Source: Octopus sinensis (Eukaryota). From it: a stretch of 64,000 nucleotides of DNA. Location of the stretch: contig NC_042998.1 of assembly GCF_006345805.1 (NCBI RefSeq), positions 159,464,001-159,528,000 of the forward strand, given 5' to 3'. The notes beneath the pieces were generated by a model that was not told the origin of the DNA, made no database searches, and worked only from the letters and a program-made list of their open reading frames with translations. Both the position numbers and the translations under genes were made by a program. Of this stretch, positions 49,384 through 63,408 are shown piece after piece; the stretch's first letter is position 1, and each line of letters begins with the position of its first letter.

Positions 49384-49389
<6 letters not shown>
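48567..49389. mobile_element. Interleaved inverted repeats (A-B-A'-spacer-B') with a decayed hammerhead at 49140-49184
   Basis: A 48567-48632 / 48880-48947; B 48659-48871 / 49180-49389; CUACG-CUGAUGA-..AUGCAG AUGU CUGCGU..-UGUAG with GAAA lost. Confidence 0.75.
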
Positions 49390-49439
<50 letters not shown>

Positions 49440-50379
49440 GTACATATATGACTGATGCAAGTAAAAAGATAAAAAGATAAAATTATATATATATGTATGT
49501 ATGTAGGTATCTATGTATGTATGTATATATATAAAGGAAAATAGCAAGGAAAAGGTTGAAAATGCATGAATTTTTATATATTTATATTTTTTGTGTCATT
49601 AAAATAAGTTTAATTTTTTTAACATAAGGAGAATATAGTTTATTTTATGTATTTATACATAGGAAAATCAAAGTATGAAAATGCGCTTTTACAGAATAAA
49701 TGCTTTCATATTATAGTTAAACTGAAAATATATTGGTGTATGTATTCATAAGGTAAGTTTGACATATATAACACAAGTGAAAAAGAGAGAAAAAGAAAAC
49801 TGGATCACATGTTACTTCAAGTCTTTTATATAGGATTTCAATTATGTATGTATATATAGATATATATATATATTCTTTTACTCTTTTATTTGTTTCAGTC
49901 ATTTGACTGTGACTATGCTGGAGCACTGCCTTAAAATATATATACATACATATACATGTGTACATATACATGTATGTATGTGCGTGTATATATATTTGGT
50001 GTCCAGTGGGTTTAAGGGTTTAAGGACCGCATCTCCTATATGCCTAACTCTAAAACCTACAAAAGGAAGCATCACCATGAAATCATTTCATATGCCCCAT
50101 CCTTCTCAATGTCAAGACTTGTGTGGGAAGGGTATTCCTCAGATTAGTGGACAAGCACTTCACACAGTCACATAAAAAGAGGTGTTTGTCTGATACACTC
50201 GACTGCAGCATTTCTTTTAGTTGTGTGACCAGGGTTAAAAATTATTAGTGCACAGTCCTTAACCAAGCCCTGAGGCAGTATGCTCATGTAGGGTTAACAG
50301 TGAGTACCCAGTGAATGGTCAATGCAACTCTGAGGTTGAGTTTATGACTGGCACTAGTGACTGAAGCAGTAGCTAGCAT

Positions 50380-50935
50380 TGACAGCAACAACACATCCAG
50401 CAATAATAACAGCAGCAACAGCAATTGTATTGGTGGTGATAATTACACTAGCAACATGGCAAGTAGCAGCAGCAGCTATGGCAGCAATAGAAACAGCAAC
50501 AACAGCACCAGAAATACATTTGACAGTAGCAGCAACAGAGGCTTTTGTTGGCTGCAACTGTAACATCAGCATCACATCCAGAAATAACAGCAGCAACACC
50601 AGCGAAACAAGTACCAGTACCAGTGGTAGCAGCAGCAGCAGCCGTTCAAGAATTTGGACCTGGAGATCTCCATTTCCAGCGACTTCGAGGGTCACCTCCC
50701 AGTGGTGTCAGGCATCAGTGATGAGCCCTCAACTACAACAAGACGACCAAAGTTTTTTTTTTCCAAGGTCTGGGGTCTCCCATCCCTAAGCCCTAGACCA
50801 TCACCTAATCACCCTTACCCATCTTGTTGCTAAACAACAACAACAACAACAGCAACAGCAGCACTGGCAATTAATCTAGCAGTTACAGCAGCATTGGCAA
50901 TGATAATGGCAGCAACAACAGCTGTAATACCACCA
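50380..50935. repeat. Degenerate (AGC/AAC)n trinucleotide tract with an internal unrelated insert
   Basis: Visible low-complexity repeats. Confidence 0.85.
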
Positions 50936-51270
50936 GCACAAGGGCACAATCACAGAAATATGTTGGTTCTACAGGCAGCCCATTCAAGCATCATTTTAGG
51001 ATACCAGAGAGATATAACATCACATCCCTGGCCAGCTATGTGTGACCTTTAAAAAATGAAGGTACGCCATACAAAACTAGAGGCACTCCTAAAACAACTG
51101 GGGCCATACCTCAGTGGGAGCAAATGTTGTAAGCTTTGTTTGACTGAAAGAGCAAGAATCCTGAAAACTCACTTGACCTGGGGAACTTTTTAAATTCTAA
51201 AAAACAGAGGTTTAATCAGTGCCCTCATCAGAGAAAATTCCTGTTAGAAACATGGAATTTTCCATTTGCT
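50935..51270 (+). mobile_element. PLE GIY-YIG C-terminal fragment
   Basis: KYVGSTGSPFKH, LASYV.PLK, PYLSGSKCCKLCLTERARIL, LNSK..NQCPHQRKFLL. Confidence 0.8.
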
Positions 51271-51934
51271 GACCAGAGAAATGCTTCCACCTTCAGACCA
51301 GAGAAATGCTTCCACCTTTGCAGGGATCATGAACAGGATTGGAACCAGTCTAATGTTAAATATATAACATTATATAACATATACAACATATATAACATTA
51401 TATAACATATATATAGCTTGAAAGAAAATTTTATATTTCTTCCAGTATACAGAGCTTTTAACTGGTAGCACTTGCATGTGCAAGTTGTTTGCAAGACATA
51501 TAACTTTATAGAAAACCACATATTTATGTTTGTGTGTGTGTGTGTATTTGCACATGCATGTATACATGTCTATTTGTATGTATGTGTGTATGGTGTGTGT
51601 ACCTACAAAACATAGATGGACATGTAGACAGACAAGTAGACAAGCAAACAGATAAATACATAGGCAGACAGACTGATAAACAGGTAAAATGGCAGACAGA
51701 CAGGCAGACAGATAGACAGTATTTAGGACTGCATTATCCAATGCAACCTTCTTTATCTTAAGATATTTTACCATGTTCTGAGGAAGACTTGGCTGTCACT
51801 TCTTGCAGGTTGTGTGACTATACAAAGAATCCTTTGTCTATTCCTTGGTCACTTATGATCAAGCAGACCTATATTCTAATGTACTCTAGCCATAGTCATC
51901 AAGCATTTTGAAAGGATTGCAGAACTGTATCATC

Positions 51935-53065
51935 TAATATTGACTTCAAATTTTGACACAAGGCCAGCAATTTCAGGGGAGGGGCAAGTCAGTTACATCG
52001 ACCCCAGTGGTTCTTATTCTATTGACCCCAAAAGGATGACAGTTAAAGTCAACCTTGGTGGAATTTGAACTCAGAGCAAAATGCTGCTAAACATTTTGCC
52101 CAGCATGCTAATAATTCTGCCAGCTCACTGCTTAACTGTATTCTCTAATATGCCCTTTCTTTAATTTAGAGAGTTGGGTGTGATTTAAAAGGTGTTTGGC
52201 TGCTATTTCTATATAAATCAAAGAACAGTGAAGGGGTCCCCTCATTAGCTCATCAATCATTATCAATCTGACAGCAAAGGAGTCAGCTTTCAACATGTCC
52301 TGCAAGAGGAGAACTGTGGCTGCAACATGAACAAAAGTAGCACTTCTGTTGAATTCTTATTGATGGTTATGAGTTGGTATTGTTGTTGTGATGGTGGTTG
52401 TTGTTGATGCTATTGTTGTTGATGCTATTGTTGTTGCTGTTGTTGTGGTGGTGATAGTGGAGGTGGTGGTTCAGTAGTGGAGGTTAGATGTAGAAGTTAT
52501 GGTATTTGGTTGTGGTAATGATGGCAATGGCGATGACAGTGACGGTGGTGGTGGTGGTGGTGGTGGTGGTGGTATGGTTGTGATAGTGATTGTGGTTGTG
52601 GTGGTATTTGGTTGTTGTTGTTGTTGTTGCTGTTGTTGTTATGGTAGTGGCGGTGGTTGTGATAGTGGTTGTAGTGGTGGTTGTGGTAATTGGCTGTTGT
52701 TGTTGTTATGGTGGTGGTGGTGGTGGCGGTGGTGGTGGTGGTGGTGGTGGTGATGGTTATGGTACTAGTAGTTACGATATTATTAGTAATGTTCGTTTAA
52801 GTATTAGTATTAATAGTTTGGTGATAATATTAGTTATGGTAAAGGCAGTGAGCTGGCAGAACTGTTAGCATGCTGGACAAAATGCTTAGCAGAATTTCAC
52901 ATGTCTTTATGTTCAAATTTATGGGTTCAAATTCCTCCAAGGATGACTTTCAGTTGAGGTCAATAAGATAAGTACCAGTTGAGCACTAGGATCAATGTAA
53001 TCGATTTAACCTCTCCCCCAAAATTGCTAGCCTTGCTCCAAAATTTGAAACCAGTATTTATCATG
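51935..53065. mobile_element. Two Deu/Nin-like SINE copies (51935-52135 minus; 52835-53065 plus) flanking a (GGT/GTT)n tract
   Basis: Family motifs ggcagaattgttagcatgctgggcaaaatg and gagttcaaattcc. Confidence 0.75.
52370..52830. repeat. (GGT/GTT)n trinucleotide tract (similar: (AGT/GGT)n at 53940-54340 and 62640-62830)
   Basis: Visible simple repeats. Confidence 0.9.
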
Positions 53066-53199
53066 GTAGTTATAATGGTAGTTAGGGCATGTGCTCATTG
53101 GTTAAGGTGTTGCACTCACAATTGCAAGAAGACGGTCATGATTCCTAAGAGCAAGTGGTGCAGAGTGATCTTGAGGAAAACATTTAATTTCATTTCATT

Positions 53200-53790
53200 T
53201 TTTGTATCTGGTTTGCAAGATTCTTTATGTGAATTCGTGTGTTGAAACAAATTTTGTTGTGTCTAAGGAGAGTCGTCATCATTCTGATCATCATCATCGT
53301 CATTATTTAATGTCCACTTTTCATGCTGGCATAAATTGGACAGTTTGACAGGAGCCAGCCTGATAGAAGACTTTACCATGCTTTGTTGCTTGTTTTGGCA
53401 TGGCTTTTAAGTCTGGATGCCCTTCCTAACACCAACCACTCTGCAGAGTGGACTATGCCAATATCATTAATACACACACTGCTTTAATTCTACTCCTTTA
53501 TTCTTAATGAATTGGTTAAATATCCAATTAATTAATCGATTGTTTGTTAACTTTGGCTCAACAGTAAGTCATTTGTTTTGTTTGTCTAAGCTTTTTCGTT
53601 GCTACTTGCAATATTTTTTATAACTTATTATTTAGTCTGTTATGGTGGCTGTTTAACCAAATTAAACAAACAATTGATTAGTTAGTTGAATATCTAACCA
53701 ATTGACTAATAATAAAGGAGCTGAATTAAACAAGTGCATGTGTTAATAATATTGGCATAATGACTCTCCCTAGACACAACAAAACTTCAT
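53200..53790. mobile_element. Older palindromic MITE-like element, interrupted by an RTE tail
   Basis: ttgtgtctaaggagagtc at about 53260 and gactctccctagacacaa at about 53765; inner inverted arms 53460-53560 / 53660-53755. Confidence 0.55.
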
Positions 53791-54197
53791 TCCATGTAGC
53801 TCTACGAATACTTCAACATCTGACCTGTAGCACACTGTGCACCAGCTCAAGCAATGCTGGTTTACTGGAGAGAGTGGGATCATGTGCAATAAAAACATTT
53901 GATCACTGTAAACAAATCATCTGTGCTGGTTGTTTAGTAAAGAAAATCCATGAATGGTAGTAGTATGAATGGTAGCAATGGTGATGGTATTGATGCCAGT
54001 GGTAATTGTGTTGCTATAGAAAGTGATGGTTATGGTGGTGGTTGCAGTAGCTCTAATTGTAGTTGTGAGGGTAGTGGTACTAGTGGTGGTTATGCTGAAG
54101 GCAGTTGTCATCGTATAGTAGTAGTGATGGTAGTGGTATTTGTACCTGTTATAGCAAAGGTAGTAGAGATAGTAATGATAGTTTTTGTAGTGATGGT

Positions 54198-54249
<52 letters not shown>

Positions 54250-55099
54250 CGTGCTGGTGCTGGTGATTATTGTAGTGATGATGGTGGTGGGGATAGTATT
54301 GGTAACAGAGGATATGATGGTTCTGGTGCCAGGTTATTGTCACTGCATTAATGGTAAACATTACATTGTTCTCCTTGTGATGAGTATCACAGCATATTTT
54401 CTGAAGATTGTGAATTACTATGTGATCATTTGACTTGCTAAGAATAGCAGTTAATTCTCCCTCAAATCAATCCTTCAAAATGCAAATAGATATATCACTG
54501 AAGCAAATATTTCAACAATACACCCCCAAATTTGCCATAACTAATAGGACTGATAGACTGATAGTTATAATTGTCTAAATGACAATTGCAGTTGTTTGAT
54601 TGAAAATTACACTTGCTAGGTTGCTAGTTAAATTGATTAGTTCACTGTCATAACTGCTTGGTTAATAGTTAAAATCAGTAGTGGACTGGCCGGGTTGCCA
54701 GCTTGCCTGACAGCAAGTGGGCCCCTACACCATTAGAATCCATATATGGGGGTCCTTGTTAATATCTAAGAGGTCTATTCCCATAAGTTTGAGAATTTTT
54801 TATTCACCCCTAGAAAAATGCATTAATTATTTCAGCCTGGCTGTGTTTGTAGACAGTTGAAAAGAATACTTTTACAAAAAAAAAAAAAAAAAAAATTAAA
54901 TGATAGCTAGATATGGTTGGTTTTAAATGCTAAAAGGTTAACTATCACTTAGGCAATTGTAATAATCAGTCAAGCAGTCATAGCTAGGTCACTGTAATTA
55001 GTAACCTAGTAACTGTAACTAGTAGCACAGCAATTGTAGCCAGTGGCGAACTGGGTCTAAAAATATTGGTTGCCAGGAGACAATTGCTTAAGTGATAGT

Positions 55100-55320
55100 T
55101 AACCCTTTAGCATTTAAAACCAGCTATATCCAGCCCAAATATTCTGTTTTACTTTCAAACTGGATTATCTAGCTTCTCACACCTACCCTACATTGATACT
55201 CTAAAAATAAGCAATAACATCATTGAAACCTTAAAGTATGAGCCAATGCATGGTTAATGCTAAACAATATGAATACATAAGTACTGCATTTAAGAGAATA
55301 ATTTGAAATTAAAGCACTAA
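55100..55320 (+). mobile_element. piggyBac-like non-autonomous element end (a complementary end at about 54895-54942)
   Basis: ttaaccctttagcatttaaaacc and ggttttaaatgctaaaaggttaa termini with TTAA. Confidence 0.5.
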
Positions 55321-56009
55321 AATTATCAGACTGAGTTTTATCATTGCTAGATTGATCATTACAACTTTAAGGATCATAATTGCTAGATTGATTGCAAAAC
55401 TCTGGAATCCAAGGAAGCTAGTGAAAGATGTACATCAGCTAAAAAATCTGCAAATAGGAAAATACTCTTCAAATTTCTACTTTTCATATGAGAAAGAAAA
55501 AATGGAGTAAAAGTGTTGTTGTTGTTTGAGCTGGGATTACATGCCCCCAGCATAAACATCATTTTTTACCTCATTTCCTCATCTACAGATAAAAAGTGAG
55601 GCTTGGAACTTTAAGCTTTACATGCCTAAAGATAAATGAATTTCTCGTATCATTCTAATATTGTGATTGGTTAAAATATCTGTCTTTTGTTTTTAACCAC
55701 CTGTCTCCCCTTTTAATAAAACACAATAAGCAAACTACTTGTTTGTATTATACAAAACTAGCTACCTTTTATAATACCATAAAGAACAAACTTATTTCAG
55801 AGGCAGAAAGAAGGAATGCCTAGCTAAATATGCTAATCTTCTCACTCGCACATACACCTGCTGAATGAAGAAAAATAAGATAAGGAAGGAGCATTGAAGA
55901 AATAATGGTCGCATCTATCTTTTCAGAAAGCTGTGTCATTTTTGTGAAATCTTTGAAATTCTTTAAAAAAAAAAATTACTTGAAAGGAGTTGATAATATT
56001 TTCTAATTT

Positions 56010-57020
56010 AAGCACATGGGTGGGGTTATGTCAATTATTTCAACTCCAGTATGTGACTAGTACTTTTATTGAGCCCAAGGGGATGAAGGACAGAGTTGAC
56101 ACTAGTGGAATTTGAACTGTGAATGTAATGCGTTGGAAGAAATACCACTAGACATTTTGTCCAATGCTCTTAACAATTCTAGCTCATCCCCTTATAATCA
56201 ATTTTAATATAAGCATAAGGCCAGAAATTTTGGGGAAGAGATGAGATGAATAAATTGATTCCATTACTTAAATAGTACCTTGGAAAGATTAAAAGCAAAA
56301 TTGAACTTGGCAGGATTTGAATTTGAAATGTAAAGAGCCAGAACAAATGGTACAAAGCTATAACTCTGCCAAATTGCTTATCTTTGATGATAATTAATAA
56401 TGATAATGATATCTAAAGCCACAAATTTAGTGAGAGGTGTTAGTTCATTAAATTTGTCTCCAGTTTTTGACTGGTACTTTTATTTCATTGAAACCAGGAC
56501 AAAAGGCAAAGTCAACTTCAGTGGGATGTGAACTTAGGCATAGGAGTGGCTGTGTAGCTTGCTTATGAACCACATGGTTCCGGGTTCAGTCCCACTGCAT
56601 GGTACCTTGGGCAAGTGTCTTCTACAATAGCCTCGGGCTGACCAAAGCCTTATGAGTGGATTTGGAAGACAGAAACTGTAAAGAAGCCCGTCGTATATAT
56701 GTATATATATATATGTATGTGTGTGTATATGTTTGTGTGTCTGTGATTGTCCCCCCAACATCTCTTGACAACCGATGCTGGTGTGTTTACATCCTTGTAA
56801 CTTAATGGTTCAGCAAAAGAGACCGATAAAATAAGTACTGGGCTTACAAAGAATAAGTTCTGGGGGCAATTTGCTCAACTAAATGCAGTGCTCCAGCATG
56901 GCCACAGTCACATGACTGAAACAAATAAAAGAGTAAAGAGTAAAGAGCCATAACTAAAATATGTAAGACATGTCCTATACTCTAACAATTTGACAAATCC
57001 ACCACCTTCATAATGATAAT

Positions 57021-57056
<36 letters not shown>

Positions 57057-57890
57057 CCTTCCAACTATAGGCACAAGGCCTGAAATATGGGGGACGGAAA
57101 TAGTTAATTACATCAACCCCAGTACTTGACTGGTACTTAATTTATTGACCTTGAAAGGATGAAAGGCAAAGTTGACCTCAGTGGCATTTGAACTCAGAAT
57201 GTAATAGCAGACAAAATACTTAGTGGCATTTTATCCACATGCTAAAATGATAAAAATCCATTCTACTATAGGCAGAAGACCTGAAATTTTGGGGAGGGGG
57301 ATAGTCGATTTCATCGACCTCAGTGCATAACTGCTACTTATTTCATCAACCCTGAAAGGATGTGATAAGATAATAATAATAATGATGTTGATGATGATAA
57401 TCCTCTCTCCAATAGACACAAGGCCTGAAATTTAGTGGGAAGGGCACTAGTTGATTACATCAATCCCAGTGTTTCACTGGTATTTAATTTATTGACCCTG
57501 AAAGGATGAAAAGCAAAGTCAACCTTGGCAGAATTTGAACTCAGACATAGTGGCAGACGAAGTACCACTAAGTATTTCATTCAGTGTGCTAACACTCTGC
57601 CAGATCACAGCCTTAATGATGATGATGATGATGATAATAATAATAATAATAACTAGCTGAACCCGTGAAAAATTCATGGAAAACTTAAAAAATGTAAGCA
57701 TCTGTAAACAGTGTACTGGTACCATGAGAAATGTTTGCATATTATGACTGTCTGTCTTTACATTCTGAGTTCAAATTCTGCCAAGGTTAACTTTACCTTT
57801 CATCATTTCAGGACCGATAAATTAAGTACTAGTTGTGTATTGGGGTCGATCTAATCAACTGGCCCCCTCCCCACAAAATTTCAGGCCTAG
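56010..57890. mobile_element. Cluster of about seven Deu/Nin-like SINE copies
   Basis: Repeated aaggcctgaaattt..gggg..tagtcgattacatcaaccc..aaggatgaaaggcaaagt..gaatttgaactcag blocks separated by (AAT)n/(GAT)n. Confidence 0.85.
56540..56950 (+). mobile_element. Full-length CORE-like SINE nested in the cluster (another at 61400-61690)
   Basis: aggagtggctgtgt..ccgggttcagtcccac..ccttgggcaagtgtcttc head; (agagtaa)n tail. Confidence 0.9.
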
Positions 57891-58311
57891 AAAAGTATAT
57901 TGTGACAGTTACAGAATATAGAAAGTAATATATCCCCAATGACTATATAATCCAACCAAAATATCTGTTACACAAACGTAAATGGAATTACTATTTAACC
58001 TTAAAATATATTGTACATATTCAAAGGACCTTCTTGGTTTACCTGTACAGAACGTTTTCTGGTATTTTTTTTATTCATTTACTTGTTTCAGTCATTTGAC
58101 GGTGGCCATGCTGGGGCACCATCCTTTAGTCAAAGAAATTGACCCCTGGACTCATTCCCTGAAAGGCTGGTGCTTATTCTATCAGTTTCTTCTGATGAAC
58201 AGCTAAATTACAGGGACACAAATGCACCAACATCGGTTGTCAAGCAATGGTGGTGGTAGGACAGACACAAACACACACATACACACATACATAAAAACAT
58301 ACAAACATGCA

Positions 58312-58417
<106 letters not shown>

Positions 58418-58624
58418 TAATATATGACAGGCTTGGAGTTAGTGGTGATGCTGGCTGGTGCGATTTTGTGGTTTGCTGGTATGCCAAAAGAGATCCAGTA
58501 GGCCCCTAACTGGTTCCCTGATCTTAAAGGTGTAATGTGGATGCGTAATGATGGAGTGGCTGATGTGGTGGTCTTCCTCACAGTACTTCATGGTAGATAA
58601 TATTTTGTGTGTGTGTCACACCAC

Positions 58625-59330
58625 GTTTTTGGCCTTGTCTGTCATCCCAATTGAATGTCATTACTCTTACTTTGATATTGTTCATAGCTCATGCTCTTGA
58701 AAATGCAACATAATTGGCCATGAGAAAATACCAGTTGAGGCAAATGTATTCCAACTTTTTCAAATGTTTGGCCTTGAGCCTTAGTAATTGTCATTGAATT
58801 GCATAGTCGAAGCGGAAACTGAAGTCTGTTTAGTGTGAATGGAATATTTGCATCACTTGGGCTAAGTTTAATTCTGGGAATTAGAACTGTATGACCTCTG
58901 TTGGAGCCTGTTATCAATGATACCTCTACACAATGTTCATGAAGTCTTTGCACTTTCATATGAGTTCCATTACATAATCCTTGACTGATTGAAAGATTTC
59001 TTAGCAGCATTACAATAACCCCTACTTTTAAGTTGAGGTGATGAGGAGGCATACCGGATTGAGTGAGTTTATGAATTCAAATGGATTGTTCTGAGCCACC
59101 TCTTCATTATTGCAGGACACTGAATTTGTGCTTAAGTGCATTTTAAGTGCCTCTGGTATAATATTAAGAACTTTTTCATTTATTGCAAGACAGAATTTTT
59201 AGGAGATAAAATTACTCATTTTCCCATTTCTTCCAGCGTGCAGTTGTTGAAAATTTCTGGGTACAGATGTACAAATTGAAATGCAAAAGAACAAAATAAT
59301 AAATGGATTTATGAATGAAAGTTTGATAAT
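58625..59330 (-). pseudogene. Helitron PIF1-like helicase C-terminal fragment
   Basis: PPHHLNLKVGVIVMLLRNL...GLCNGT...VLIPRI...RLQFPLRL...MTITKAQGQT....G.HL...VFSHGQL. Confidence 0.9.
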
Positions 59331-60029
59331 TCTGTATATTTCCACCACGCAACACTTATTATTGCAAACATGTTTTAACTAACCTATACTATACACACAC
59401 ACAAATACATTCATATATATATATATGTCTCGAGTTGTAGCTGTAATTCAAAGAGGCCAGCCTTGTCATGTTCTGTCATGTTCCCCGAGAACTACTTTAA
59501 TGTTATGCATGTCTGTGGAGTACTCAGCCACTTGTGAGTTGATTTTATCCTTGTGTGGTAATGAAAAGTGAAACTGACATCCAATAATTGCTGTGTGTAT
59601 GTATCTATGTATGAACTTTTCTTTGGATTTATGTATCTATTGTCTCTCTCACTTTCTCTCTTTCTCTTTCACTTCCTTTGTGTCTGTCTTGTCTCCCACT
59701 TTTGATTTAAAAATGTGTATATATATCTATGTAACTACTTCTCTTGCGATGAACGCCATCACCACTCACTGTCTCTTTCACTCTCTCTCTCTCTTTCTCT
59801 CTCTCTCTTTCTCTCTCTCTCTCACTCTCTTTCTTTCTCTCTTACGTCCTCTCTGAAACATTTAAAAACACAAAATGAATACTGTCTCTTTTACTCTCTC
59901 TCTTTCTCACTTTCACTCTCACTCTCTCTTACTTCCTCTCTGTCCTCTTCTCTCTCACTTTGCCCCTTCTTTGAAGTGTGACACACACAACAGGTATGTA
60001 TAAAAACATAAAGTTAGCATATCAATATT

Positions 60030-60595
60030 ATTGATAATAATAGCAGTTTCAAATTTTGATGCAAGGCCAGTAAGTTTGTGAGGAGGAAGTAAGTTGATTA
60101 CATTAACTCTAGTGCTTATTTTTATTGACTTTGAAAAAATGAAAGGCAAATCCCAGCTTGGCAGAATTTGAACTCAGAACTTGGAGACAGACATAATGCC
60201 ACTAAGCATTTTGCCCAGCATGCTAATGATTTTGTGAGCTTGCTGCAATAATAATATTTGCCTTCATGTTCTGAGGTCCTTGTGACTTGACAGACCGTAC
60301 AAATACCTGGTAGACACAATATCTTCAGTCCACATCACAATATTGGATTTTGGGCAATATCTTTAGTAATAATAATAATCCTTTCTACTAAAGGAACAAG
60401 GCCTGAAATTTGGGTTGGAGGGGCAGACTAGTCGATTACATCAACCCTAGTGCTTCACTGGTACTTAATTTATCAACCCCAAAAGGATGAAAGGCAAAGT
60501 CGACTTCAACAGAATTTGAACTCAGAACGTAAAGACAGACGAAATGCCACTCAGCGGTTTGCCTGTCATGCTAACAGTTCTGCCTGCTTGCCAAC

Positions 60596-60600
<5 letters not shown>
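60030..60600 (-). mobile_element. Two Deu/Nin-like SINE copies (60030-60255, 60375-60600)
   Basis: Family motifs, (AAT)n flanks. Confidence 0.85.
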
Positions 60601-60645
<45 letters not shown>

Positions 60646-62704
60646 TAATGCTTTCTTTAGTAACCATCAAGGGTTGACTAAAAGAGAAAAGATGGTACAG
60701 GAAAAAACAGTATGGAATTAAATAAAAAGCATGGAAAAAAGGGAATTAAAAATAAAAAAACAACAAAGCATTCAAAGAAAATTTCCCAAAAGAGAAAGAC
60801 CTTCATGGGCTATTCAATTCCCAAGAGGGAGAGACCGCCATGGGATATAGTCACCGTAATCTCTAATCTGCAGGCACATGTTCAAAGAAGGACATTTGCT
60901 AGGCCCACATTTGCTACTCTCATTCACTTTTCAATAAATTTACTTAGAGACAGTACTTCTCTCTTCCCCCTAATTGCTCTTTTCAAGGGAAACTTAGAAA
61001 GGAAATATTTGGGCTTAGCAAAAGAAAAAGGTATCTATCTTCAGCATTTTTTAATCTTTTTACTGTGGATATCAGATATATTCACGGAAAATTTCATTAG
61101 CCTTAACTGCAGAAAGCAGTTTTAAATACCAATCTATTCTTTTGTTGAAGAATTTCATGTTCAAAACTATTTTTTGCTAAATTATGTCATGTTTATTGAG
61201 GCAATGTGACTTGCAGAAAATACCAATTCTATTTTTTATTAGATATTTAACAACATTACAGGAATAACCATGAAATTTAATTTTGCAGTTTAAGGATTAA
61301 TCTTATTCATCATACACCACTTTGTCAAAGTCACCACACAGATAAAGCCTGCCTGACCTTTCCAGCCAAAGGAAAGCGAAGAGATGATTTTTACAAATAA
61401 CCTCAAGCTGATCAAAGCTTTGTGAGTGGATTTGGTAGATAGAAACTGGAAGAAGTCCATTGTATATATATCTGTGTGTCTTAATGTATGTGTTTGTCCA
61501 CCACCACTACTTGACAACTGGTGCAGGTGTATTTATGTCCCCATAACTTAGTAGTTTGGTAGAAGAGTCTGACTGCAAAAAAGATAAGCACTAGAGTCAA
61601 CAAGTTCAACTAAAATTCTTCAAGGCAGTGCTCCAGCATGGCCACAGTCTAATGACTGAAACAAGTGAAAGAAAAAAGATAAAAGATAAGTCAGTAATGC
61701 TCTGGCACTGGTCAAGTGCATGTAGAATGGTTTCATCACTCTGTGCACCTCTCAGATAAGCTTAGCAACAGCACTTCCATGCCTGTAGAGTTTACCTCAA
61801 ACCACCAATACTTCCCAGTTGCACTGCCAGACCAGGGAGTTCTGGAGATTATCCATGAGATTATCCATGAGGTTATCTATGAGCTGTGGCGTAAAACTGT
61901 TCAAGAACAGAATGCAAATGTGGAACTTCTACCTACCACATGGCCTGACTGGTGAGACCTTGACAACATCCGAGATGCCAGGCACTCTATCTCAGGTTTT
62001 TGCTTAACACAGAACTACAACCTTGTCAAAGAGGCAAGCTATGGAAATATGCATCCAATAAACAGTGACCACACATGTTTACCATCAAGGAATTGCTGGA
62101 GATATCACTGCTTCAGCACATGCTTGTGCATCATCATCATCGTCATCATCCACAGCATGCCCAGCACCTGACACTGTGGGTGGTGACAGCAAACAGAGAG
62201 CCTAACTAGTGGAATACATCGCTTTGAGAAAATGTGGCAAAGCAGACACTTTTGTCCGGTCAGATGTAAACTGAGATATGGCATGACAGTGAGATGGTAA
62301 GAGTTGATGAAGACAATGAAGGCATTTGCCACCTCTTGCCTTTACTGTAAGGACTAACTTCCTTGTAGCTTTAGTTCAGTTGTTTGTAAAAAAGCTAACC
62401 GAGAAAAGGTGGAGAGAGAGAAAATGAATGAGATAGGCAGAGACAAAAAGAGATGAAGTGGGAGGAATGGGGAAAGAAGCAAATCATGAAAAAAAGCCTT
62501 GTTTTTAATGTCTTTAATGAAACTGTGAAGTAATAGTGAACAGTCTTACGAAATAGTAACAAAGAAAAACAGACATACTGATGATTCATTAGTAATTGCC
62601 TATTAATTTCTAAGTTTTCCTTCTCTTGCTGATTGCTGTAGTTATAGCAGAGGTGTTGTTGTTGTCGTTGTTGCCGCTGCTGCTGGCGCCGCAGCTGCTG
62701 TTGA

Positions 62705-62772
<68 letters not shown>

Positions 62773-63301
62773 CAGCTGTGCTATTGCTGCCACCATCAGT
62801 ACCACCGCCACCACCATCACTAGTAGCAACAGCACATTAAACTCAAATTCAAAAATAAATTAGAAAATGTGACAAGAAGTGTGTTTTGGAAAACATTCAT
62901 GTTAAAAAAGATTTTATTTCAGACAGAAGTAATTCATTTTTTATTCTTATTCTCAGCAGACTAGATATCATCATCATCATCATCACCATTATCATCATCA
63001 TCATCATTGTTGCCATCAATATTATCATTTTATCACTGCTATCATCATTATCAGCATTATTATTACAACCATTGTCACAACCACTATCAACATCATCCTC
63101 TTCAGCTAAAGAAGAGAGCCTCTATGTGGTTACGCCACAAGCAAGCAATAGTAGTAAAATCTCCCTCCAAACCATATATAAACAATCAGATAATCCACTT
63201 TATCAAACAACCTAATCCTGATTGTCAAATCTGCCAGAGATCCATCCATCTCTATTTATCTACTGCTCTCTTTCTTTCTCTCTCTCTCTCTCTCTCTCTC
63301 A

Positions 63302-63408
<107 letters not shown>

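Noticed and set aside
50715-50760. GTGATGA as a C/D snoRNA box C
   Set aside because: No box D or terminal stem downstream.
62395-62835. Poly-L/poly-Q ORF
   Set aside because: Derived from (AGT)n and (GCT/GTT)n repeats.
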